Assembly: GCA_963663475.2 (NCBI GenBank)
Contig: CAXXJV010000001.1
Span: 388,279 to 452,278 of the forward strand
Reading direction: 5' to 3'
DNA from: Candidatus Cloacimonadales bacterium
GTDB taxonomy: Bacteria; Cloacimonadota; Cloacimonadia; Cloacimonadales; JAFGVF01
Length of the DNA: 64,000 nucleotides
Under the pieces are notes generated by a model. It had not been told where the DNA came from. It did not search any database and saw only the letters and a program-made list of their open reading frames with translations. The translations under genes and the position numbers were made by a program. Positions 55,384 to 64,000 of this stretch are shown here, in pieces; positions within the stretch are counted from its first letter, which is position 1, and every line of letters starts with the position of its first letter.

Positions 55384-58300
55384 TTATTTATCTAAGAGAT
55401 ATTGAATAGCTGTTTTCAACTGCCTATCATTATCATTAATCATATCTTCAGGTGTAAGTTCTACTCTGATATCAGGTTGAACTCCATTACCTTCCATATT
55501 AGTTCCACTTAAAGTCCACCAACCTGATCTAGGTAATCTTAGAGATGAACCATCAAAGAGGTCAATATCAAAGGTACCGATTACTGATCCACTTGTTGGC
55601 ATACCAATAATAGTCCCTAGCTTTTGTTCCTGCATTAGGTGAGGAAATACCTCAGCATCTGAGAAGGAATCTTCATCAATTAGAACAACAATGGGTTTGT
55701 CATAGTAACGAGCGGGAGTTTTCATTTTCCTAAATCCCCAACCCCTATAGGAAGAAATTGAGAGAGGTCTTTTGCGAATAGCTTCAACAAGTTCTTCACT
55801 AATATTACCACCACCATTACCTCTAACATCGATAATAAAACCATCTTTCTTAATATTATCGTTCCAAAAGTCTTCTAAGAATTTTTTATAAGCAGTATTA
55901 TTCATACGTCTGATATGCAAGTAAGCTAGCTTGCCATCACTAATTTCATTAACTATTTCCCTACGTCTGTTAACCCAGTCATTATACTCTAGGTCATAAT
56001 TACGACTCCAATCAAAGCCTTCAATCCAAACATCAAAGGCTTCCTCTTTTTGCTTTTTAACCCTAAGTTTTACCTTGCGATTAACGATATTAAAGAAAAG
56101 AGGATAAATATCGACATCAGGAGTAATTTCTTGGTCATTAATTGCTAGAATCAAATCTCCTTCTTCTAGTTTATAATAATCTTTTAGACTTGTCCCATCA
56201 TAAAGTCTTCTAAGTTTGACACCTTTATTGAGTCTTTCTGAAAGGTCAAATTCAACTCCAATATAGCCAATCTGATAAGAGAATCTTGAATCATAGTATT
56301 TAGGAGAAAATCCTGTATGGGAAGCATTTACTTCGCCAATCATTTCATCAACGATATTGGATAAAACTTCTTCATCATAACAGTATTGTAGGTAAGGTTC
56401 ATACTTTTCATAAAGTTCATCCCAGTCAACCCCATGCATTTGAGGATCGTAGAAGCTTAAGCCAAAGACTCCCCAGACTTCTTTGAAAACTTGTTGTCTA
56501 AGATTTTTTAAATCAAATTCATAGAAGAAGCTATTTTTAATTTCTCCACTAGCTCTAGTTTTTAAGTTATAAGAGTTAAGTTTACTTCCATCATTATAGT
56601 AATAAGTAGAGGATTTATCATTATAAGAGAAGTAAGTTCTATCGTTAATAGTGGTTAGCTTTTCTTCATTTTGTCCTTGATAATTAGACTTATAAAGATT
56701 TGTAGAACCATTTGAATTAGCATAATAAATAGTTGAGTCATTAACTACCGATAGAATATAGTTATATCCTGGATGAGAAACAATTGTAGTTATTCTGGAT
56801 TCAACACCTGGAAGGTCAATATCCAATTCAGGATAATCTTTAGGGAGCTTATCTCCTGTCTCTTTCTTTTCTTCTACTTGGTCTGAACTATTGAGCAGTT
56901 TTTCCCAAGGATCCTGATAATCTGCAAGTTTATCAAAAGGCCTTAAATCTATCCGTCTAATATCTCCTGATTCGGTAAAGAATAATGATTTATCGTCTTT
57001 ACCCCAAGTTAGATTATAGATAGATTTATAGGAGTTATAAAGTAGATAGGATTCTTGAATAATTGTATCTCTAAGATAAAGATAGGTTACTCTTTTCTCC
57101 ATATCAAATTCAACATAAGCAATATAACGTGAATTTATCCTATCTGCATATTCAGTAACATCATACTTATTAAAATCAATTGGAGTAAAATAAGTAAAAG
57201 TTGAATCAGCTATAGCAATATGACGTCTATCTCTATCAATGTAATAATCAATAATGTAGTTTCCAGCTGGACTTTTACTAATTCCCGAGATAGAATAATC
57301 TTCACTCCAAGCTATCTTCTCTATTTCCTGAGGATTATCTATAGTAAATTTAAAGATTTTACCTTCTCCTCTTTCTCTGCCATTAACCACAACAGTCTTG
57401 TTATCGCTTAATATTCTAATACCTTCATAAGGAACCTGATTGTAAGTAATCTGTTTAACTGGTCCGCCAGCTGCTGGCATCATAAAGAGGTCATATTCAT
57501 AATTGAAAATAACAAAATCATCATTAGGAGATACTTCAAAATCAGCAAAACCGTTTGTAACATATCTGCGTATCATGCTATTAACATCTTGGTTCTCTCT
57601 AATATCGATATCTAATTTTCTTAATTTATCTCCTCTTTCAGGCTTATCATCATAAATCCAGATTTCATCAAACTTCTCAAAAGCAATAATATCCTTTACC
57701 TGAGCAATAGAAATATCTCTAACAGACCATGTTGGAAAATCAGTAAGTTGTTCTTCATTATTAAAATCGAAATTATTTACCCTGAATAACTGAAAAACTT
57801 GGCCATCAGATTTAGCGTAATATAGTCTTTCTGGATAAACCTTTGATAATTCTGGATATCTTTCTGTCAACTCATTATCAGTCAACTTCTCATACTTATC
57901 TTGCTTGATATCATACTTCCATAATTCTCCATCAGTTGAGCCACGATAAGCTTCCCTATAAGGATCACCTCTATCAGAATATATAATTGAATTACCATCT
58001 TGACTAATAGAAGGGAAGGAACCACCTATTGGAGTAATTTCCACGTCTCTTGACTCATCAAGACTAACCTTATAAAAAGCAGAACCTAATCTGGGAGAAT
58101 ATTTATTAGCTAGGATATTTTCCCCATCTGGGAACCAAGTTAAGAGTCCCAATCCAGCTCCACTCACCTTAGTAATTTCACCACCTATTGCAGGAATAGT
58201 ATATACAGCGTTATAGCCATCTTTGTAATAATTGAATGCTATTGTTTGCCCGTCAGGAGAATACTTAGGACTACTTATACCTGAATCGGTATCAGTTAAT

Positions 58301-58470
58301 CTACTGGCGAGACCACCCTCAATAGCTACTTTCCATAAATCTCCTCGATAAACAAAAGTTACTTCACTTGCATCTGGTGATACAGCTGGGTCTTTTACGA
58401 AATGTGGTTCAAATGCCGCAACATAAATACTCATGATTAGCAAAAACCCTACAATTAAAATCTTCTTCAT
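55384..58470 (-). CDS. Tricorn-like S41-family protease (beta-propellers + PDZ + peptidase)
   Basis: 1028 aa. N-terminal TolB-like repeats (SPDASEVTFVYRGDLW, SPDGQTIAF), a PDZ-like segment and the S41 core DVRGNGGGN..DEDSFSDAE. Confidence 0.85.
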   Translation of the reverse strand: MKKILIVGFLLIMSIYVAAFEPHFVKDPAVSPDASEVTFVYRGDLWKVAIEGGLASRLTDTDSGISSPKYSPDGQTIAFNYYKDGYNAVYTIPAIGGEITKVSGAGLGLLTWFPDGENILANKYSPRLGSAFYKVSLDESRDVEITPIGGSFPSISQDGNSIIYSDRGDPYREAYRGSTDGELWKYDIKQDKYEKLTDNELTERYPELSKVYPERLYYAKSDGQVFQLFRVNNFDFNNEEQLTDFPTWSVRDISIAQVKDIIAFEKFDEIWIYDDKPERGDKLRKLDIDIRENQDVNSMIRRYVTNGFADFEVSPNDDFVIFNYEYDLFMMPAAGGPVKQITYNQVPYEGIRILSDNKTVVVNGRERGEGKIFKFTIDNPQEIEKIAWSEDYSISGISKSPAGNYIIDYYIDRDRRHIAIADSTFTYFTPIDFNKYDVTEYADRINSRYIAYVEFDMEKRVTYLYLRDTIIQESYLLYNSYKSIYNLTWGKDDKSLFFTESGDIRRIDLRPFDKLADYQDPWEKLLNSSDQVEEKKETGDKLPKDYPELDIDLPGVESRITTIVSHPGYNYILSVVNDSTIYYANSNGSTNLYKSNYQGQNEEKLTTINDRTYFSYNDKSSTYYYNDGSKLNSYNLKTRASGEIKNSFFYEFDLKNLRQQVFKEVWGVFGLSFYDPQMHGVDWDELYEKYEPYLQYCYDEEVLSNIVDEMIGEVNASHTGFSPKYYDSRFSYQIGYIGVEFDLSERLNKGVKLRRLYDGTSLKDYYKLEEGDLILAINDQEITPDVDIYPLFFNIVNRKVKLRVKKQKEEAFDVWIEGFDWSRNYDLEYNDWVNRRREIVNEISDGKLAYLHIRRMNNTAYKKFLEDFWNDNIKKDGFIIDVRGNGGGNISEELVEAIRKRPLSISSYRGWGFRKMKTPARYYDKPIVVLIDEDSFSDAEVFPHLMQEQKLGTIIGMPTSGSVIGTFDIDLFDGSSLRLPRSGWWTLSGTNMEGNGVQPDIRVELTPEDMINDNDRQLKTAIQYLLDK

Positions 58471-58477
58471 TTTATCC

Positions 58478-59749
58478 TCATCTTAAGTTTATTATTTCTT
58501 TATTATCATAAAAAGTATCTGAAACAATTAATGATTCTTTTAATATTTTAAGTCTTACACCATTGCCCAGTTTTCCCTTGCTTTTAATCATTAAAGCATC
58601 TCTATTATCAAGATCTATAGCCTCTTCAACCTTGTTTGATAAAAGTTCTTCTAGCTGTTTAATCTCTTTTTTTATTATAGCAACTTTCTCATTCTGACTA
58701 TCATTTTCATTAAAATATACCAGCTCTCGAGTTAAAATCATTAATTGTTGTTTGGTATATGGACTTACACTTATTTCAAGTTCTGAACAAGTATCACCTT
58801 CATTTCTTACATCATAGACTTGAATAAATCTAGAACTTTGAAGGTTGGAAGCAATAACTTTAGCCTCTTTTATTAAGCTAATAGATATTTCTCCTACTAG
58901 GCTTGAGTAAAAAACATCACCTGAAACGGTTAAGTCTTTTCCTGAAAAAACTTTTGAACTTTTTATCTGGCCACATTCAATAGATTGAGGACAAGTAACA
59001 CCTGCCCCATTACAGTTTTCAAGACTACCATTGATACTAATGCCATGCTCTCCATAAAGATTACTTTTGAAGACATTACCATTAATTGTTAGCTGCCCAA
59101 TTACCCTTATATGGCGAACATTACTAACATTACCATTAATAGTAAGATTACCTAAAACATAGATATTACCGTAATCCCTATCAATATCATGTTCTATGTA
59201 TAAATGATTTGTTATATTATACTTACCATCACTAGATAAAGACAAGTAGCCACTCTTGCTGGCAATAAATTCTCGAGATTCTAAGTTAAAATCAAGATTA
59301 TCACCCCGATACTTATCTATTAGTTTTTTCCTACCTTCAAGGGTTAAGAGGTAGTTTCCATAAACATCTTTTCGAGAAAACATATCTTCATCGTAAGATA
59401 ATTTCCCTATTGCTGATCCTTTTTGGACATAGACTAACTTGAAAATATTTGCCTCGTTAATAGGTGTCTTAGCATATAAGAGTTCTTCACTGTCATAATA
59501 GAGATCTAGCCTAACCTCTTGATCAATTGCTGGAACTTCTGCAATTTTAAAAGGATGATATAATTCTTTCTCTCCTTCTTGATCAATACTAGGAATAAAT
59601 CCATTGCTTATACCAGCTTTAGCAATTAAGTCTAAAATCTCATCTTGAGTAATAAAACCATTATCACGCTTAATTGTCATTGTAGCACATAAATGATTTT
59701 CAGTAACTTCTATTAAAATATCTTCTCGATTATTAGTGTATTTTTCCAT
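58478..59749 (-). CDS. FapA/DUF342-like protein (beta-helix repeats plus C-terminal coiled coil)
   Basis: 423 aa with repetitive VLGNLTINGNVSNV..VIGQLTINGNVFKSN and a coiled coil KKEIKQLEELLSNKVEE. Confidence 0.5.
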   Translation of the reverse strand: MEKYTNNREDILIEVTENHLCATMTIKRDNGFITQDEILDLIAKAGISNGFIPSIDQEGEKELYHPFKIAEVPAIDQEVRLDLYYDSEELLYAKTPINEANIFKLVYVQKGSAIGKLSYDEDMFSRKDVYGNYLLTLEGRKKLIDKYRGDNLDFNLESREFIASKSGYLSLSSDGKYNITNHLYIEHDIDRDYGNIYVLGNLTINGNVSNVRHIRVIGQLTINGNVFKSNLYGEHGISINGSLENCNGAGVTCPQSIECGQIKSSKVFSGKDLTVSGDVFYSSLVGEISISLIKEAKVIASNLQSSRFIQVYDVRNEGDTCSELEISVSPYTKQQLMILTRELVYFNENDSQNEKVAIIKKEIKQLEELLSNKVEEAIDLDNRDALMIKSKGKLGNGVRLKILKESLIVSDTFYDNKEIINLR

Positions 59750-60488
59750 CTACTATTCCTATTATTGCTATTTGCCTTTCAGCTGTCTTATCCCTTCTAT
59801 AAGAATTATAAGAAGTGTTTTCATAAGTGCAAACATTACTAGCTATTATATTATTTGCTAAAACTCCACTTTGAACAAGATCTCTTATAATTACCTTCTG
59901 CATATCTATATGACGATATTCTTGGTCTAATTTTGTTATTCTTAGAAAATCACTATAGATTTCTGGTGATACTTGATAGTTAGGTCCACTTATGGCAGGA
60001 CCTATCATAACTACTAAATCAGAAGCTAAAACATCATAGTCTTTTATCATAGTCTCCACTAGAACTTTGACAATTCCATTCTTGCTCCCTTGTCTTCCTG
60101 AATGGCAACCACCAATAAGATTCTTCTCTTTAGCATAAACTAAAATAGGACTACAATCAGCTGCTTTGATAACAATAAAAACATTGCATTTATCAGTAAT
60201 AAAACCATCAACATGACTTACTTCAGCTTTATTATTTGCAAATCCAGCTCCCAAATCTTCATCTGTAATAATTTTTATATCTGTAGAATGAGTCTGCTCT
60301 GCCATAACTAATCTGTCATGTGGAATAATCTTGTTTCCTAAAAGTATCTGTCTCTTTCCCTCTTTGAGTAAGGAAAGACTGTCTGTTTTATCACCAAAAG
60401 AGTAAAAGATGTTTTGATTTAATGATTTATTTAACTTCATGATAATAAACAAAAAAGAATCTCTTTTTTTGTCAATTTTTTTTATCAT
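59733..60488 (-). CDS. pgeF: Peptidoglycan editing factor PgeF / YfiH (DUF152 laccase-domain protein)
   Basis: Motifs AEQTHS, KAADCSPILVY, GGCHSGRQG and CTYE..SYRRD. It overlaps the next gene by 17 nt. The start may be the internal ATG at 60440. Confidence 0.85.
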   Translation of the reverse strand: MIKKIDKKRDSFLFIIMKLNKSLNQNIFYSFGDKTDSLSLLKEGKRQILLGNKIIPHDRLVMAEQTHSTDIKIITDEDLGAGFANNKAEVSHVDGFITDKCNVFIVIKAADCSPILVYAKEKNLIGGCHSGRQGSKNGIVKVLVETMIKDYDVLASDLVVMIGPAISGPNYQVSPEIYSDFLRITKLDQEYRHIDMQKVIIRDLVQSGVLANNIIASNVCTYENTSYNSYRRDKTAERQIAIIGIVDGKIH

Positions 60489-60531
60489 CTATTAGGCTAA
60501 AATGCAGAATGTAAGCCCTAAAATGCTTTAA

Positions 60532-60636
60532 TCCGAATGGTGGAAAAGAGCTTTAGAGAAGAGTGGAGATTCTTTTTAGCAAAATAGCTTGCAAAAGAAT
60601 ATGGTGCTATTCTCAAAGATCTATTGCATTATTGGG
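60532..60636 (+). mobile_element. MITE-like element (105 bp, diverged)
   Basis: TCCGAATGGTGGAAAAGAGC...GATCTATTGCATTATTGGG, flanked by TTTAA (60527-60531 and 60637-60641). Confidence 0.75.
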
Positions 60637-60677
60637 TTTAAGGATTCAAGAGGAGAAAAAAACTAAGCTAAGAAGTT

Positions 60678-61052
60678 TTATTTACTAATCCACATTCCAC
60701 ATTGGTTAAATTTAAAGCCACACTTTTCATAGAAGGCTCTTTTACCCTCAGTATGAGTTAGAAAGAAGTAGGTTCCTTTATACTTTTCTAAAATTCTTAA
60801 GATTAGTTGTTTACCAATACCCTGTTTTTGGTAGTGAGGATGAACAATAACATCAAAGATATTAGTATAGTAATAATCATCACTTATAGCTCTAGCAAAT
60901 GCTATTAATTTATCTTTATCATAACAAGTCACATAGTGAGACTTATTAAAAGCAGGGATAATATCATCAGGATTCTTATTCCAACCTACTGATTTAAAAA
61001 GACTTATAACTTCTTCTTTTGTTAATTGATTATTTTCAAAATAGTGGTACAT
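60678..61052 (-). CDS. GNAT-family N-acetyltransferase
   Basis: 124 aa with the acetyl-CoA motif HPHYQKQGIGKQL. SD AAGGAG is upstream. Confidence 0.85.
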   Translation of the reverse strand: MYHYFENNQLTKEEVISLFKSVGWNKNPDDIIPAFNKSHYVTCYDKDKLIAFARAISDDYYYTNIFDVIVHPHYQKQGIGKQLILRILEKYKGTYFFLTHTEGKRAFYEKCGFKFNQCGMWISK

Positions 61053-61123
61053 AATAACTCCTTATGAATAAAAAGTACAATTTTGTTGACTAAATGAAGT
61101 AAATTTTCCAAGCTGTAAAAAGG

Positions 61124-61200
<77 letters not shown>

Positions 61201-61267
61201 GATTTGCTTAGAATGAACAAAACAGATAGTTATAAAATTTGTCAAGAAAAAATAAAAAGGAGATAGT

Positions 61268-61816
61268 ATGGAAGTCTATATGACCTTCGTGAAAGAGAAT
61301 GTTATCTTATCTGCTATCATTCACTTCGCTATATTAGGTACCTTTGGGGAGATTCTCTCTAAATGGGTTGTAAATAAGAGTGTTAAGTATCCATTTGCTT
61401 TCTTTATGACCATCAAGAAAATGGTAATTTGGGCTCTTTTAGGTGTTGCTATAAAATACACATTTGTTGGTTTTGCTGGTAATGCAGGCCATAATGATGG
61501 CTTTGTAAATGCTTTAATGAATCATAACTTTTTGCCTAAACTAGGGCATGATTCATTTTTGTTTGCTTTCTTTGTATCAGCATTTATGAACTTACAGTTT
61601 GGACCATTTTTAGTAATAGTTCACCGTGTTTTAGATAATCTAGCAGCTGGAGAGAGTAATTGGAAAGGAATAAACAAAGGCTTATATTGTTTATTATGGT
61701 TCTGGATTCCAGCCCATACAGTTACTTTCTTGATGCCAACAGATCTTCGTATTTTAATGGCAGCTGTCTGGTCTTTAGCCTTAGGAATATTGTTAGGCTA
61801 TTTTAATCGTAAATAA
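61268..61816 (+). CDS. Hypothetical integral membrane protein (possibly Mpv17/PMP22-like)
   Basis: 182 aa with 4-5 TM segments and a good AGGAG SD. The C-terminal WFWIPAHTVTFLMPTDLRILMAAVWS loosely resembles the Mpv17/PMP22 signature. Confidence 0.5.
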   Translation: MEVYMTFVKENVILSAIIHFAILGTFGEILSKWVVNKSVKYPFAFFMTIKKMVIWALLGVAIKYTFVGFAGNAGHNDGFVNALMNHNFLPKLGHDSFLFAFFVSAFMNLQFGPFLVIVHRVLDNLAAGESNWKGINKGLYCLLWFWIPAHTVTFLMPTDLRILMAAVWSLALGILLGYFNRK

Positions 61817-61830
61817 ATAAAGAAGGAAGA

Positions 61831-63912
61831 ATGGTTAGTATAGAGGGAGAAATAAAATTTCTGAAAGGGGTTGGTGAATATAGGGCAAAATTACTTAAGA
61901 AAGTGGGGGTTGAAACACTGTTAGATATGATGGAGTACTTTCCCCGAGCCTATATTGACAGAAATGCTGATGTTAAAATTGCTGAGATTGAAAATGATAC
62001 TAATATAGCCTTAGTTGGTAAAATAGTTGATGTCTATGAACAAGCTTACGGCAATAATAAGAAAAAATTACATGCAGTTATTTCAGATAATTCTGATTCC
62101 TTAATGCTAACCTGGTTCCGTTATCACAAGTGGTTAAGTGATAAACTAAAGATTGGTAAAGAAGTATGGATTAGTGGGAGAGTATCTATCTTCATGAATT
62201 CCTTAAATATTGTCCATCCAGAAATAGAGTTTATTGATGGAGAAGGTGGTGAAGATGATTTTTGGAAGAAGAGACCTCTCCTACCTATTTATAGATTAAC
62301 AGGTAATTTAACAAATAAAGCTTTAAGGAAAATAGTATTAAACTGTTTCTCTGAGTATTCCGACTTAATAAGAGAGAATCTTCCACCAAGAATTATTAAA
62401 GAGCTTGGCTTAAAAGATAGAAGATCAGCCTTACAGATTATGCACTTTGCTACTAATGAAGCCTTAGCTTTGCAAACTAGAAAGAGATTTGCCTTTGAAG
62501 AACTCTTCTATACCCAAATATTACTAGCTAGAACAAAATTCAGACATAAAAAAATTGTGCAAGGTCTTGAATTTAAACTTTTCCATACCTATACCACAAA
62601 ACTTAAAGAATCTCTCCCATATGAACTTACTGGTGCCCAAAAAAGGGTTATTAATGAAATAGTCCAAGATATGACTTCTAAGAAACAAATGAATAGGTTA
62701 ATTCAGGGAGATGTAGGCTCAGGAAAGACAATAGTTACTCTCTTTTGTATGCTTTTAGCAGTTGAGAATAGCTATCAAGCTATCATGATGGTACCAACTG
62801 AGATTTTAGCCCAACAGCACTTTCAGACTATTTCAGGATATTTAAGTAACCAGCCAGAACTCAAAATAGCTCTTCTTAAAGGTGGTGTGTATAAGGGTAA
62901 AAGTCAGATAAAAGAAGGAATTAAAGAAGGTAAATTTAACATAATTATTGGGACTCATGCTCTTATTCAAGATGATATTCAATTCTATAAAGCAGGTTTC
63001 CTAGTAGTTGATGAACAGCATAGATTTGGAGTTGAACAAAGAGCTAAGTTATCTCAGAAAATGAACTTTCCTGATATGCTTTATCTCTCAGCAACGCCTA
63101 TTCCCCGTTCTTTAGCCCTAACAGTTTATGGAGACTTAGATGTTTCTCAAATTGACGAATTACCACCCACAAGAAAGCAAGTCAAAACTATCTGGCATGG
63201 TCAAGCTAAAAAGAAACACGTTTATCAAGAAATTGAGAATGAGTTAAAAAAAGGTAGACAGGCTTATGTAGTCTGCCCCCTCGTTGAAGAATCAGAAAAA
63301 ATGGACTTACAAGATGCTGAAACTGTTTTTCAAAGACTTTCACAGGTAGAATTCCCTAACTATAGAGTAGCTCTTTTGCATGGCAGAATGAAAAGTAGTG
63401 AGAAAGATGAGATTATGCTGGCTTTCAAAAATTATGACTATGATATTTTGGTTTCAACAACAGTAATCGAAGTAGGATTAGATGTTCCTAATGCCTCAGT
63501 AATGATGATTGAGCATGCAGAAAGATTTGGATTAAGCCAAATCCACCAGCTTAGAGGCAGAGTTGGTCGGGGTTCAGACCAAGCCTTTTGCTATCTGATA
63601 AGTTATCCTCCTATCAGTTCTGAAGGCAGAGAAAGACTACAAACAATGACAGCCACTAATGATGGATTCTTGATTGCAGAGAAGGATCTAGAATTGCGAG
63701 GACCAGGAGACTTCTTTGGAAAAGAGCAATCAGGAATGCCTCGCTTTAAATTTGCCTCCATAGTAAACGATCAAAAAATCTTACTAGTTGCTAGAGATTT
63801 AGCCTTTCAATTAATTAAAGATGATCCACATCTAGAAAAAGAAGAAAATAGAATTATCAAAGACTATTATTTTAAAGCATTCTTTGAAAAAGAAAAATTG
63901 ATAAGATACTAG
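61831..63912 (+). CDS. recG: ATP-dependent DNA helicase RecG
   Basis: 693 aa. Wedge domain, GDVGSGKT, DEQHRFGV, TVIEVGLDVPNA and QLRGRVGRG. Confidence 0.95.
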   Translation: MVSIEGEIKFLKGVGEYRAKLLKKVGVETLLDMMEYFPRAYIDRNADVKIAEIENDTNIALVGKIVDVYEQAYGNNKKKLHAVISDNSDSLMLTWFRYHKWLSDKLKIGKEVWISGRVSIFMNSLNIVHPEIEFIDGEGGEDDFWKKRPLLPIYRLTGNLTNKALRKIVLNCFSEYSDLIRENLPPRIIKELGLKDRRSALQIMHFATNEALALQTRKRFAFEELFYTQILLARTKFRHKKIVQGLEFKLFHTYTTKLKESLPYELTGAQKRVINEIVQDMTSKKQMNRLIQGDVGSGKTIVTLFCMLLAVENSYQAIMMVPTEILAQQHFQTISGYLSNQPELKIALLKGGVYKGKSQIKEGIKEGKFNIIIGTHALIQDDIQFYKAGFLVVDEQHRFGVEQRAKLSQKMNFPDMLYLSATPIPRSLALTVYGDLDVSQIDELPPTRKQVKTIWHGQAKKKHVYQEIENELKKGRQAYVVCPLVEESEKMDLQDAETVFQRLSQVEFPNYRVALLHGRMKSSEKDEIMLAFKNYDYDILVSTTVIEVGLDVPNASVMMIEHAERFGLSQIHQLRGRVGRGSDQAFCYLISYPPISSEGRERLQTMTATNDGFLIAEKDLELRGPGDFFGKEQSGMPRFKFASIVNDQKILLVARDLAFQLIKDDPHLEKEENRIIKDYYFKAFFEKEKLIRY

Positions 63913-64000
63913 GAAACTTAAGCAATATTTTATTGACAAAATACCCTTGATTTACAAGCTTATGCTATCTTACTAAAAAAGCAGGAAATCTATGAAAGAG

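Noticed and set aside
63992-64000. ATGAAAGAG at the right edge considered as the start of another gene.
   Set aside because: Only 3 codons are visible, so it cannot be supported.

Overview
This is an AT-rich, densely coding bacterial chromosomal segment with about 47 protein genes and one tRNA-Val. Most genes are housekeeping: hisS (5' part), a short PGDH-like dehydrogenase, dprA, obg, recJ, lnt, lpxK, priA, ackA, dnaE, prmC and recG. The rest are two sensor kinases, several transporters and envelope or secreted proteins. Several clues suggest an FCB-group organism, Cloacimonadota/Fibrobacterota-like, but this is inference only. The clues are two proteins with T9SS-type C-terminal sorting domains, a C25 gingipain-like peptidase, paired GWxTD proteins and a tricorn-like S41 protease. 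I see no prophage, CRISPR array, transposase or recognisable defence island. Two things stand out. (1) The intergenic space holds a mosaic of interspersed repeats. One part is a palindromic MITE-like family of at least 12 copies whose complete copies have perfect 5-bp AT-rich target-site duplications. A second is a 26-bp-stem hairpin family with compensatory substitutions. A third is a set of G+C-rich structured modules, which culminate in a roughly 900-bp gene-free locus at 54.4-55.4 kb that looks like structured RNA or mosaic repeat and matches no RNA class I can name. (2) A tightly packed 7-gene minus-strand operon (27.6-38.8 kb) couples an ExbB/ExbD/ExbD/TonB-like motor to a 2147-aa TPR giant protein and an outer-membrane barrel. 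All calls come from reading the sequence and ORF translations; no database search was possible.
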